Source: Tubiluchus corallicola | Lineage: Eukaryota; Animalia; Priapulida | Reading direction: 5' to 3' | Assembly: GCA_030141605.1 (NCBI GenBank) | Contig: JAQGDQ010000923.1 | Span: 1-46,967, forward strand | Length of the DNA: 46,967 bases | Part shown: one piece after another, positions 12,915 to 22,130 of the stretch | Layout of the letters: every line of letters starts with the position of its first letter | How positions within the stretch are numbered: the first letter of the stretch is position 1 | The notes under the pieces: generated by a model | Databases searched by the model: none | What the model was told of the DNA's origin: nothing | Seen by the model: only the letters and a program-made list of their open reading frames with translations | Position numbers and translations under genes: made by a program

Positions 12915-13291
12915 AGAAAAACTGTTTTATTCTCAAGACCAGTCCTTAATACTTGTCAATACTGGCAAACAGCGCGCGTGCGGCAAGAGAGAGATGAAAT
13001 GCCATCACACCAGTACGACAACATACACACTAATACAGAATTCATATACCCACGGCCATATTAATTAAATCATAGTTTTTTTTTATTTTTTATTTTTTGT
13101 ATATGGTTGTAAATATGTTTGATTTTATTCGTCATTACTGCACAGTAGTTTAGATTGCACTGACGCATTTGCCTTCAGCAGTGTAAGTTTTTATTAACTA
13201 ACACTCATTGATTATCTCTGTAAAGTTTTTATCAGTGATTATCAATGTTTTTAATGGCAAATAAAGATTATTATATATATATATATATATA

Positions 13292-13500
13292 TAGTATGCA
13301 TGCTATGCTGATATGTACAAAGTCGTCTCTAAAGTACTGTACCTTGCGCAGTTTTTTACGCTATGTAGATTTTCTAGTTTGCCATTTTATCACCATTTTT
13401 AGTCTATTATTATTGGCTTAAATCAAAATAACTATTAACAGATCAAATAACTGTCAGTTTTAAAATTTTATTAATTTTAAAGGCAGAAAATATTCTCGTA
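13292..13500 (+). repeat. Internal fragment of the piggyBac-like MITE (direct repeat of 16128-16335)
   Basis: About 208 bp, roughly 90%+ identical by eye to 16128-16335; begins right after a (TA)n run. Confidence 0.92.
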
Positions 13501-13826
13501 AATTATCTAATAATGTTAGGATGGCAGTGTGGGTGGGTTGGGTGGCTGCATATTTCTCTTGTCAAGAGACAGAAGTATTTCAGAAGACTGCTACTCCACA
13601 ATGTTTTACCTAAAAGTTTTGCAACGCGCAGCCATAGAGCTACCACCTGCATTAATTTTGTTAATGCAAAAAAATGTACAGTATAACACACGTATTGTTG
13701 TAGGTATAATAAAATTATATTATTTATGACATAATAAAATTAAGTATGAAACAAAATACAGGTCATAGACTGAAATGCGTGTTGATATTTATTATAGACA
13801 CATATTCAGTGGTGTCCCAGATCTGG

Positions 13827-13850
13827 CGTTATAACGAGGTTTTGACTGTA
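13827..13850 (+). mobile_element. Pogo/Tigger-like right terminal inverted repeat remnant
   Basis: CGTTATAACGAGGTTTTGACTG|TA resembles the reverse complement of CAGTCAAACCTCGTTATAACG-type termini with a TA target. No partner end recognised. Confidence 0.45.
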
Positions 13851-13894
13851 ATACTGTAAGAAGTACTGTAAGTGATACTAGAATTTCCTGATGA

Positions 13895-13929
13895 TTTTGC
13901 ACTTTTAACAACATCGTTAATCATTGCAG
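13895..13929 (+). promoter_or_regulatory. Putative 3' splice acceptor preceding the fucosyltransferase coding exon
   Basis: ttttgcacttttaacaacatcgttaatcattgcAG lies 12 nt before the ATG at 13942. Animal FUT1/FUT2-type genes typically have the CDS in one exon after non-coding exons. Confidence 0.5.
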
Positions 13930-13941
13930 CTGGTAGAAGCT

Positions 13942-15054
13942 ATGGAAAAGAAGTGTGCCATCAGAAACTTTGGACTCAGCAAGTTTCAACTTGTGTTCAT
14001 TCTGTATCTATTGATTTTTTGCTCTTTAAATCATAGTGACGTAACAGCTGTTCAAAATGGAGCTGTAACTTTGAGGCTTTCCGATTTGAGGCAAGATGAT
14101 GGTCCATCTTGGGAAGAAAGGACAGCAAAAGAATGTGAAAAAGAATCAAATGACGTACGTGCGATGAACTACATAGACGATGTTGACGACAATGTGCGAT
14201 ATGTAACATCATCAGACATTATGGGCAGACTGGGCAATAAAATGTTCCAATACGCAGCATTGTACGGGATAGCCCGTGCAAATAACTTTACTGCAGTGTT
14301 GCCTAGTTCTTTTAGCTTGTACGGAGTATTTACTCAGTTGGAAATACCAGTGTTCACTTGCACGGCAACGTACAAACATTATCGACGTCAAATGCTGGAA
14401 ATTAAATTAATATTCATCGATAAATTCTACCCCATGGCACATTGTTTAGAAGATTATGTTGTGCCGGCACGTGGAATTAGTATCAATTCATATCTTCAGT
14501 CTTCTAAGTATTTTAACGACTGGAAGGATGATATAAGAAACCAGTTCACATTTAACCAAAAAACATTAGCAAAAGCTAAGCGCAGTCTGTACACACAGCT
14601 TCTACTAAAGTTTAAAGACAACAACATTTTAGAAAAACAGATCACAAGAGTAGGAATTCACGTACGAAGAACTGATTTCCCGAAATTCATGTCCTTTACT
14701 CGCATGCCTTCCCTCGATTACTTTAACAAAGCAATGGCTTACATGAGGCAAAAGTTTGCCAATGTCGTGTTTGTTATGATTGGTGATGATATTGAATGGA
14801 ATAAGAAGAACATTAAAGGATCTGACGTTGTATTTATACCAAGGAGCAAAGATCCCGAGGTAGATATGTGTATTGCTAGTCAACTGTGTCAACACGTAAT
14901 AATGACCGTGGGCACATTCGGCTTCTGGTGTGGATACTTATCCAAAGGAACTGTTATATATTTTCGTGATTATTTACCAGACGGTTACAAAAACATCAGG
15001 CATTGGTTTGTGTCTGGTGAATATTGGCCACATGAATGGATTGGTATGGCTTGA
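13942..15054 (+). CDS. Galactoside alpha-1,2-fucosyltransferase-like protein (glycosyltransferase family 11, FUT1/FUT2-like), type II Golgi membrane protein, 370 aa, single coding exon
   Basis: N-terminal TM segment (FQLVFILYLLIFCSL) and stem, then GT11 motifs GRLGNKMFQYAALYGIA, GIHVRRTDF (GDP-fucose binding), FVMIGDDIEWNK, DMCIASQLCQHVIMTVGTFGFWCGYL and C-terminal YWPHEWIGM. The ORF track starts at a TTG (13924); the first ATG is 13942. Orthology to a named FUT gene is not assignable. Confidence 0.95.
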   Translation: MEKKCAIRNFGLSKFQLVFILYLLIFCSLNHSDVTAVQNGAVTLRLSDLRQDDGPSWEERTAKECEKESNDVRAMNYIDDVDDNVRYVTSSDIMGRLGNKMFQYAALYGIARANNFTAVLPSSFSLYGVFTQLEIPVFTCTATYKHYRRQMLEIKLIFIDKFYPMAHCLEDYVVPARGISINSYLQSSKYFNDWKDDIRNQFTFNQKTLAKAKRSLYTQLLLKFKDNNILEKQITRVGIHVRRTDFPKFMSFTRMPSLDYFNKAMAYMRQKFANVVFVMIGDDIEWNKKNIKGSDVVFIPRSKDPEVDMCIASQLCQHVIMTVGTFGFWCGYLSKGTVIYFRDYLPDGYKNIRHWFVSGEYWPHEWIGMA

Positions 15055-15120
15055 CACAACGAACTAACTATATACCAGGTGGCGTAAACTCAATTTAGTT
15101 AAATTATTTCTTGTTTAGGA

Positions 15121-15126
15121 AATAAA
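15121..15126 (+). terminator. Candidate polyadenylation signal of the fucosyltransferase gene
   Basis: First AATAAA after the stop codon, about 67 nt downstream. The AT-rich background lowers specificity. Confidence 0.45.
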
Positions 15127-15524
15127 GTTCATAAACACAAATACGAAGATGAAAAGAAATGCCACTAAAAAAACTAACTTAAAAACTTATTTACAATATC
15201 ATATATGGGTACCCTTTATGCACTTACAAATAGAATTCTAAAAATTCGCTAAAATATAAGAATTAGACTGATACAGATTAATGATGTGTAACTTATGATG
15301 TCAGAATTTAAAATAAAGTGATCTAATCGATTTTTAAAAGAAAAAAAACAGCTTTTCGTATGGTTAAATGATTAGTTTGATCTAATCGACAAACCTTTGA
15401 CTAGTGTTGCCATCATAGGGCAATGAGGATAGTTTTCTCAAACACTTGTTGCACTTGCAGTTCTTAATATAGTTATAATAATATATATTATTATCATTAT
15501 ATATATATATATATATATGTATAT

Positions 15525-15674
15525 ATTACCAGAAACACTTTTGCAGTTGTGGGTTAAAATATATACTTTTTATCGGACCTGAAAATGGGGTAGTATATGA
15601 AAAATTATCCTGTCTTCCTTTAAGAAGAGGGTTCTTCTGAGAGGAGTGTAATCTTAAAGGAAGACCGGATGATT
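15525..15674. mobile_element. Family A MITE right-end fragment plus an adjacent isolated family A TIR
   Basis: ...gaaaatggggtagtatatgaaaaattatcctgtcttcct|TTAA (15620-15623), then TTAA|AGGAAGACCGGATGATT (15654-15674). Confidence 0.75.
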
Positions 15675-15911
15675 GTGTAAACACAAGTTTGAAAAACCAC
15701 TACTTTCAACTCAGCAAGCCAAGTGGCTTAATTTCATGAAGAACATATAGCCACTGTACGGGGTTCTAGATCTTAGGCAAAACTGCTACTAGTAAGTCAA
15801 AGCTGTACGAATGTTATTATACATTAATCTAAGACCGTTTGATCATTACTGCAAGTTGGACCTCGTTTTACTCAAGGTCAAGTTACATGCGACAGCTATT
15901 TATAGTCTTAA

Positions 15912-16364
15912 CCCTTTCAGTCCAAAATTATTTTTTAATAAGGAAAATTTTTGGCTTGGTACTTTTGTTCAGTATGTCCATCTTGTTTACACATAATTAT
16001 TTTTTACTACCTGTGCCCGCGTGCTAAATATAGCCCTTATCCCACGGGATACATTGGGATTCAATGGAAGCATCAAATGTGCTTCATTTTGCAACTGCTG
16101 ATAATTTTTTAAAGTATTTAAGACATTTAGTATGCATGCTATGCTGATCTTTACAAAGTCATCTCTAAAGTACTGTACCTTGCGTAGTTTTTTATGCTAT
16201 GTAGATTTTCTAGTTTGCCATTTTATCACCATTTTAGTCTTTTGTTATTGGCTTAAATCAAAATAACTATTAACAGATAAAATAACTGACAGCTTTAAAA
16301 TTTTATTAATTTTAAAGGCAGAAAACATTCTCGTATCCCACGGGATACAACTGGTGTGAAAGGG
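15912..16364. mobile_element. piggyBac-like MITE (453 bp)
   Basis: TTAA|CCCTTTCAGTCCA ... TGGTGTGAAAGGG|TTAA. Near-palindromic TATCCCACGGGATACA repeated at 16038 and 16334. Confidence 0.85.
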
Positions 16365-17599
16365 TTAAAATGATACCTTAAGTATAATATTTTGACGGAT
16401 ATAATTTGTCCGAAATGTTGTGTTCATTCTGATTGCTGGCTGCATGAAGAGGTACCCAATTGTATTTATCTATTTAGGCTTGGCCACGTAAAATATGGCT
16501 TCATTTCTAAAAATTTCTAGTACTAGTAAAATTCTAGTATAATCTAGTAAACTTCGTTTGATACTGGCGCCATCGTTTTGTAGGACTTCAGTTAAACTAC
16601 TGATCATAGCAGCACCATCTGTAGGCATTAAGAACATGTTTTGTAGTGCTGTCATCTTCTGTGGCTCGGACCAATGAGAGTTGACAGTGATAAAAGTACT
16701 TCATACTTTCTTTCACAAGGATGAGCATGCGCAAAAGTTCCATGATTTCAACTGTGCCAACACTCCCCTCTGTCACATTGCTTGCATCCTACTTGTGACG
16801 TAGGCATTACTGTTTACTGTTGGGTACATGAATAGTACCCTTTAATTTACTGAGATTGTACACATTTATTTTATCTGTAGTTTCATCTGTAGTTTTTTTA
16901 TTATTCTATCTTTCTGTGAAGCTGATGAAGTCCGAGAAAACGAAAGCTTCTGAAAGAAAATAATTTTTGAGATTTATTGGCATTTTGATTTCATTTTCGA
17001 TTATGATCATGGCAGATCTCAGAAGAACACTAACTTAGTTTCATACCAAACAATCTTTTCTAGACATGGGTCAATGACCCTTTAGGATGTTCTAAATGCC
17101 CTTTTAGGCAAATATTCCATCAAAGCAACCACTGCATTCGTTCTTCCCTACACTAAATTTTACACATCATCAGCTAGCGCTTCCAGACCAAGGTTTGTGT
17201 ACGCCTTGTACCTTTCCAAACGTTCTTTGAAGTCTATCTCTGTCTCATAGCTGCCTCCAAGTGAATCTACACATTTATAATGAGTAAGAAATCGTATTAA
17301 CAGACATGCATAAAAATAGAAGAAATATAAGTGTACAAAAGCACATCGAGATGAACAGCAATAACGTTAAGGTTTGTGACCTTTGACCCGTAAGTGGAAA
17401 TTAAGGAGGTTAACTTTCATCGTTATTTCTCAACGTTTTCCACTGTAACAAAGTAGCCATTTGATTAATTATTATTATTAATTTCCTCAAAATTCTCGTT
17501 AGCTAGCGATTTAACATTACAAGTTATATATATATATAAACTGTCTACGAAGTTTGTGTTCATAAATAGATTACTTACATAAGGCGTGCGCCCTGGAGA

Positions 17600-18036
17600 C
17601 GTTCAAGGATCGCACTGCTCAGCCACAGTCGACGCTGCAGCTCCATCAATGTGATCAATAACTGACTCTCTTGGCGCACACTCCATTGTCTTCCGAGACA
17701 GAAGGATGCCAACCAACCATTAGTCTTGAAAAAAGGCCCAAGACCACCTGCATCAAATAAACCCTGCTCTTCAGTCATTTGAAGGGAACAAAACTTCAAT
17801 CAATTTCTGTGCTGCATCGAAATGAAAGACAATGAGCTATGTTACTGTGGCCTGTCCCCTCAAGCACCAGATCATTTATTATTTTGTTGCCCATTGGTCA
17901 ATCAAAGGAAGAGGACGCATTTTATATTGGAGCTTGCTGATCAAATAACAGATGTGATATTTTTAAAATCGGACAAAAGTATAATTACTGCATTTTTAGT
18001 CATTAGTTTACTTTGTACTAAAGTTATAGAGATCTA
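17600..18036 (+). pseudogene. Decayed non-LTR retrotransposon ORF2 C-terminus (CCHC zinc-knuckle region; I/R1-like group)
   Basis: Translation NFNQFLCCIEMKDNELCYCGLSPQAPDHLLFCCPL fits the CxCG..Q...H....CP motif at the end of LINE ORF2. The upstream frame is disrupted. Confidence 0.6.
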
Positions 18037-18042
18037 ATTTTA

Positions 18043-18925
18043 CATGCTTACATGCTGTACTGTTTCATGCTTACATGCTGTACTGTTTCATGCTTACCTG
18101 CTGTACTGTTTCATGCTTACATGCTGTGCTGTTTCATGTAATTACATGCTGTACTGTTTCATGCTTACATGCTGTACTGTTTCATGCTTACATGCTGTAC
18201 TGTTTCATGATTACATGCTGTACTGTTTCATGCTTACATGCTGTACTGTTTCATGCTTACCTGCTGTACTGTTTCATGCTTACATGCTGTTCTGTTTCAT
18301 GCTTACATGCTGTACTGTTTCATGCTTACCTGCTGTACTGTTTCATGCTTACTGCTGTACTGTTTCATGCTTACCTGCTGTACTGTTTCATGCTTACATG
18401 CTGTGCTGTTTCATGCTTACCTGCTGTACTGTTTCATGCTTACATGCTGTGCTGTTTCATGTAATTACATGCTGTACTGTTTCATGCTTACCTGCTGTAC
18501 TGTTTCATGCTTACATGCTGTGCTGTTTCATGTAATTACATGCTGTACTGTTTCATGCTTACATGCTGTACTGTTTCATGCTTACATGCTGTACTGTTTC
18601 ATGCTTACCTGCTGTACTGTTTCATGCTTACATGCTGTACTGTTTCATGCTTACATGCTGTACTGTTTCATGCTTACATGCTGTACTGTTTCATGCTTAC
18701 CTGCTGTACTGTTTCATGCTTACATGCTGTACTGTTTCATGCTTACCTGCTGTACTGTTTCATGCTTACCTGCTGTACGGTTTCATGCTTACATGCTGTA
18801 CTGTTTCATGCTTACCTGCTATACTGTTTCATGCTTACTGCTGTACAGTTTCATGCTTACCTGCTGTACTGTTTCATGCTGTACTGTTTCATGCTTACAT
18901 GCTGCACTGTTTCATGCTTACTGCT
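18043..18925. repeat. 23-bp minisatellite array (~38 copies)
   Basis: Unit CATGCTTAC(A/C)TGCTGTACTGTTT, with 21- and 24-bp variants. It explains five overlapping ORFs at 18044-19006. Confidence 0.98.
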
Positions 18926-19220
18926 GCTCCTTCTATAGATATTCAATTAACGATTCATCAAAGAACTGAATCTCGACGTTATTTACTGCATGTAGAAAAG
19001 CATTGAGGCGAATCTTAAACTTGCCTAGAAATTTTCATCCCAGCATGACATTGCGTATTGCTGATACATATCCTCTAGATATACTCTTCCATGAGCAAAT
19101 TTTAAAGCTCTATTGTAACATAAACTTATCTGTTAATCCAGTTCTTTGCTCATTGACTGTGTTAAATAACCATACTAGTATAAGTATACTTGGTAGAAAC
19201 CGTATTAGAGCACATTTGAG
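18907..19220 (+). pseudogene. Decayed LINE ORF2 fragment downstream of the RT domain (RTE-X-like)
   Basis: LFHAYCCSFYRYSINDSSKN*ISTLFTACRKALRRILNLPRNFH...PLDILFHEQILKLY...SVNPVL...SILGRN resembles the LFxSYCxSFYG / WRKAxRRIxxLPxxTH pattern. Contains a stop codon. Clade assignment is from memory. Confidence 0.6.
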
Positions 19221-19494
19221 CAGGGCCTATTTCATCCTAAGCGAGGCCCGGGGAAGTGGGGCGTGTGAGGCCCCCTCGGGGGGGGGGCGAAGCACCAGAA
19301 AATTTTTGAACTGCTAGAACGCCGGAGAAGCATTTTCCAAGAGAAAATATGCAGTTATACAGTTGTTAAAGGAAAGAAAAATTGAATGTTCGCATAAAGC
19401 AAAAAAATGTTACCTCGGCGCGAGGCCCCCCTGGAGGGTGAGGCCCCGGGGAAGTATCCCCACTTACCCCCCCCCCCCCCTGAAATAGGCCCTG
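19221..19494 (+). mobile_element. hAT-type MITE family D, complete copy (274 bp)
   Basis: Perfect 14-bp TIRs, GC-rich subterminal GAGGCCC motifs and poly-G/poly-C. Its own flanks (CATTTGAG / ACTACTAG) do not match each other. Confidence 0.92.
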
Positions 19495-19770
19495 ACTACT
19501 AGAAATTCCTGTACAGGGATGACCGAACACAAATTGATAGAACTGCAATTTCGTTCTTTCAGCTGTGAATCCCCATGAGCTTCCTTGTTACGAAAATAAA
19601 TGGCATTAGGTTGCATAACGGATGTTTTATTTTTCTAAATTTGTAAAAATCCTGCTTATATTCGGAACTGGAAATTTAAGGTTTTATTATATGTTTAACA
19701 ATATTTTATAGTGTATGGTCTCAAAGTGAATGTCGTACAATAAAATTATGAACACATTAAAAATTATAAT

Positions 19771-19819
19771 TACTTACTTAGCACTTAGTTCTCTCCACGC
19801 CAGAAGGCGCATAAGGCCG
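19771..19819 (-). mobile_element. Extreme 3' end of an RTE-like LINE
   Basis: Minus strand gccttatgcgccttctggcgtggagagaactaa (ALCAFWRGEN*) plus a (TAAG)-like tail; matches the 3' end at 20411-20460. Confidence 0.6.
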
Positions 19820-19930
19820 AAAATGTGGTTTTTCATTTTTAAATTTTAAATTTTAAAATATTTTAAATATAAAAAAATTTAGATTTAACTTTATTAGATG
19901 TTATCAAACATTTTAGAAATACCTTATACC

Positions 19931-20192
19931 AGTTCAGTAACTTCAGTTGTTTCACGTGGACTTTACTTAATTATGCATTAGTCTCTGTGTATAGAGTGAT
20001 TTACTAGCAGGATCTTGCTTGGAAACAAGAAAAAATGAACTAGGTAAGGTTCTAGCTAGCTGTTAAAACTGTTACTATTACAATAGAATGGGCTGCCAGG
20101 CATTGTCAAGTGTACATATATGCGTAGTCTGGTACACTTAACCTTTGACCTTTTCACGATCGTCATCAATCGCTGGAACTGTGAAAAGGTTA
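19931..20192 (+). mobile_element. MITE family C, 5'-truncated copy
   Basis: Homologous to 3075-3286; ends with ctgtgaaaaggtta. Confidence 0.85.
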
Positions 20193-20520
20193 TAGCTTGA
20201 TTTGTGCGCATGAGATTTAAGCAGAGCTGGAAGATGGTCGGGAAATGTGGCCCACACTCAACATCTTTATAAAACTAAAGTGATGTTTTATAAGAAGCTC
20301 TGTCGTAAAGTAAGTCTATAGATTTCACTTGAAAATATCAAATTTGAAATCTTTTTTTAGAAAATGTAAAAATTTTTTTCTGATTATTAGTGTTTGGAAA
20401 ACAGCACTTTGCACTTACCCTTACCTAGTTCTCTCCACACCAGGAAGCGAACAAGACCATGACATTTCTTCTCCAAATTTTCTGTCCTTTACTACCGCTT
20501 CGACATCGCTCCAACTCCTC

Positions 20521-20969
20521 TGTGAAAGTTGTAACTGTATATTTTAGGTGCTGCCATCTATTGATTAGCCACTTTAACATTTTACTAGTTAAACTCACCC
20601 TTAGTACAATTGCTCGGTCTAGTGAATATGCAAACTCTCTGGATCTCTCCTATTTTTACTGTAATGGGATATGTGAAGCCAAGTTTTTGCATAGTTCTCT
20701 ACCTATATATACTGGCTGGATTTCACTTCTAGCCACGGTCTCTCTGTCACGCTCTCAGTGACGTGCAGTCGATCTACTTATGTGACTCTCTGCCAAGTTC
20801 TCAGTGCAGTGCAGTCGTGCTACACACTGTCTCTCTGTCACACACTCAGTGCAGTGCAGCAGTCGTGATCCTCATTTTACTCATGTGTATTTATTGTAAT
20901 AAGTGTTTCAGTTTTTGTGCAAACATGTACTACAAGTGTTCAATTTCAACTTCATAACTAACTTTCACA
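20521..20969. mobile_element. Solo LTR (449 bp)
   Basis: TG...CA termini with a perfect 10-bp inverted repeat TGTGAAAGTT/AACTTTCACA and 5-bp TSD TCCTC (20516-20520, 20970-20974). Removing it restores the LINE reading frame. Confidence 0.88.
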
Positions 20970-21287
20970 TCCTCCATCCTACGTAACTCCTCTCTGTCTC
21001 CACTGTCCTTCTGCATGTTGTTCTTGGTCTCTCCCTCACTCGTCTTCCTTCAGACGTCCACTCCATTGCCGTCTCTCAGTTCTTCTCACTTTCCCTCCTT
21101 GGGACATGCCCAGTCCAATCCTTCCTTTCTAAATTCATCACTCATTGCTATCATTTGTGACCTGTTTGCCACCTCCAGGTTTGACACCCACTCCTTCCAT
21201 CTAATCATTAGTATCCAATCAATACTCGCAGCACCGGCCCTTTGAATAATTTTATTTTAGACCTCGTCTCCAATGCTCCTCGTACTC

Positions 21288-21462
21288 CAGGGGCGGATTT
21301 ACAAAACTTCTTACGGACTGTTTTATTTGAACGATGCAATTCACGAAGGTCTCCTAACCTCAGAAGGTTATTTAAAGCGGTTGTAACTTTGCGAAAACAA
21401 AATAAAATCCTGGAAGTTTCTTACGAAAATCCTTACGAACGTGTTAGCGAATCTGTCCCCTG
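21288..21462. mobile_element. Short MITE, possibly Harbinger-like (CWG target)
   Basis: CAGGGGCGGATT ... AATCTGTCCCCTG imperfect TIRs; interrupts the LINE remnant. Confidence 0.65.
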
Positions 21463-22130
21463 ATTTTGGTAAGTCTCCCGTATGCCCTTGCTTCGCATAG
21501 CCTCTTTGTTATATCTTGCGCTTCTCCGCCCGTGTTTACAATTAAAATATGTAAATTTACTAACACCATGACAGCGTTTAGTTGCACAAATCAAATGTTA
21601 CCGCAAATGGCTAGACATATATTATACAAGTTATACAACGTCTAGTATTATGTATATAAAATAGGTGTGTCGCGAGCATAGATTTAAATTTTCCAAAATC
21701 GTTTCACTGCATTTGCCTTACTTCACTTTGAAGTGAATTCCAGTAACGAGGTTCATATGATGTAAATGAATTCGAACATGGATTCTAACAGGCAGGATCG
21801 GTTTTATTATTTTAATTTAATTTTCACATTGTGGACTTGTCTTTGGCGCCGTTTTATTTTTTGACAGCAAATAAATGTCTAGATTATTTCGGTGCTTTGC
21901 GATCTCTGTTGGCCAAACGTCTCCGCAAAGTGGAGTAACGAAAATATGAACGCAGAAGTGACGCGTAAGCGCTTAATACTTTTAAATATTCGTCTTTTTG
22001 CGAACATGAGCCAATGCATTCATTTAAACTGCACAATGTCAGAATTACTGGCAGCGCCAATTACAGATTTGATTTGTTGAATAATAATGGTGGTGGTGGC
22101 GCTGGAGATACTGGTTATGATGACGATGAA

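Larger units (their letters stand above)
12738..19494 (+). mobile_element. Composite non-autonomous hAT-type macrotransposon (6757 bp) carrying a fucosyltransferase gene
   Basis: Perfect 14-bp TIRs CAGGGCCTATTTCA (12738-12751) and TGAAATAGGCCCTG (19481-19494). Identical 8-bp flanks ACTACTAG at 12730-12737 and 19495-19502. CAGGG termini with an 8-bp TSD are the hAT signature. No transposase inside. Confidence 0.85.
20411..21527 (-). pseudogene. Decayed RTE-like LINE 3' region, interrupted by a solo LTR and a MITE
   Basis: Minus-strand peptides GEAQDITKRLCEARAYGRLTK, SKIKLFKGPVLRVLIG, ILMIRWKEWVSNLEV and AMEWTSEGRRVRERPRTTCRRTVETERSYVGWR|SWSDVEAVVKDR match the RTE-type post-RT pattern (WxPxGxRxRGRPxxTW). 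Frameshifts and deletions present. Confidence 0.8.

Noticed and set aside
13924-15054. Bacterial origin (horizontal transfer) of the intronless GT11 gene, or a TTG start
   Set aside because: The protein has an animal-type N-terminal TM anchor and stem, and single-exon CDSs are normal for animal FUT1/2-like genes. The TTG lies within the likely splice acceptor.
16915-16960. Hammerhead-ribozyme-like CTGATGA...CGAAA core (Penelope-type)
   Set aside because: Stems I and II cannot be convincingly paired and no Penelope coding remnant was recognised. An Infernal search would settle it.
17080-17265. Coding-looking minus-strand stretch (LGGSYETEIDFKERLERYKAYTNLG...) inside the macrotransposon
   Set aside because: Short, interrupted by stops and not recognised. 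It could be a decayed exon, but this is unsupported without a search.
18044-19006. Cys-rich ORFs in all three frames
   Set aside because: Products of the 23-bp array.
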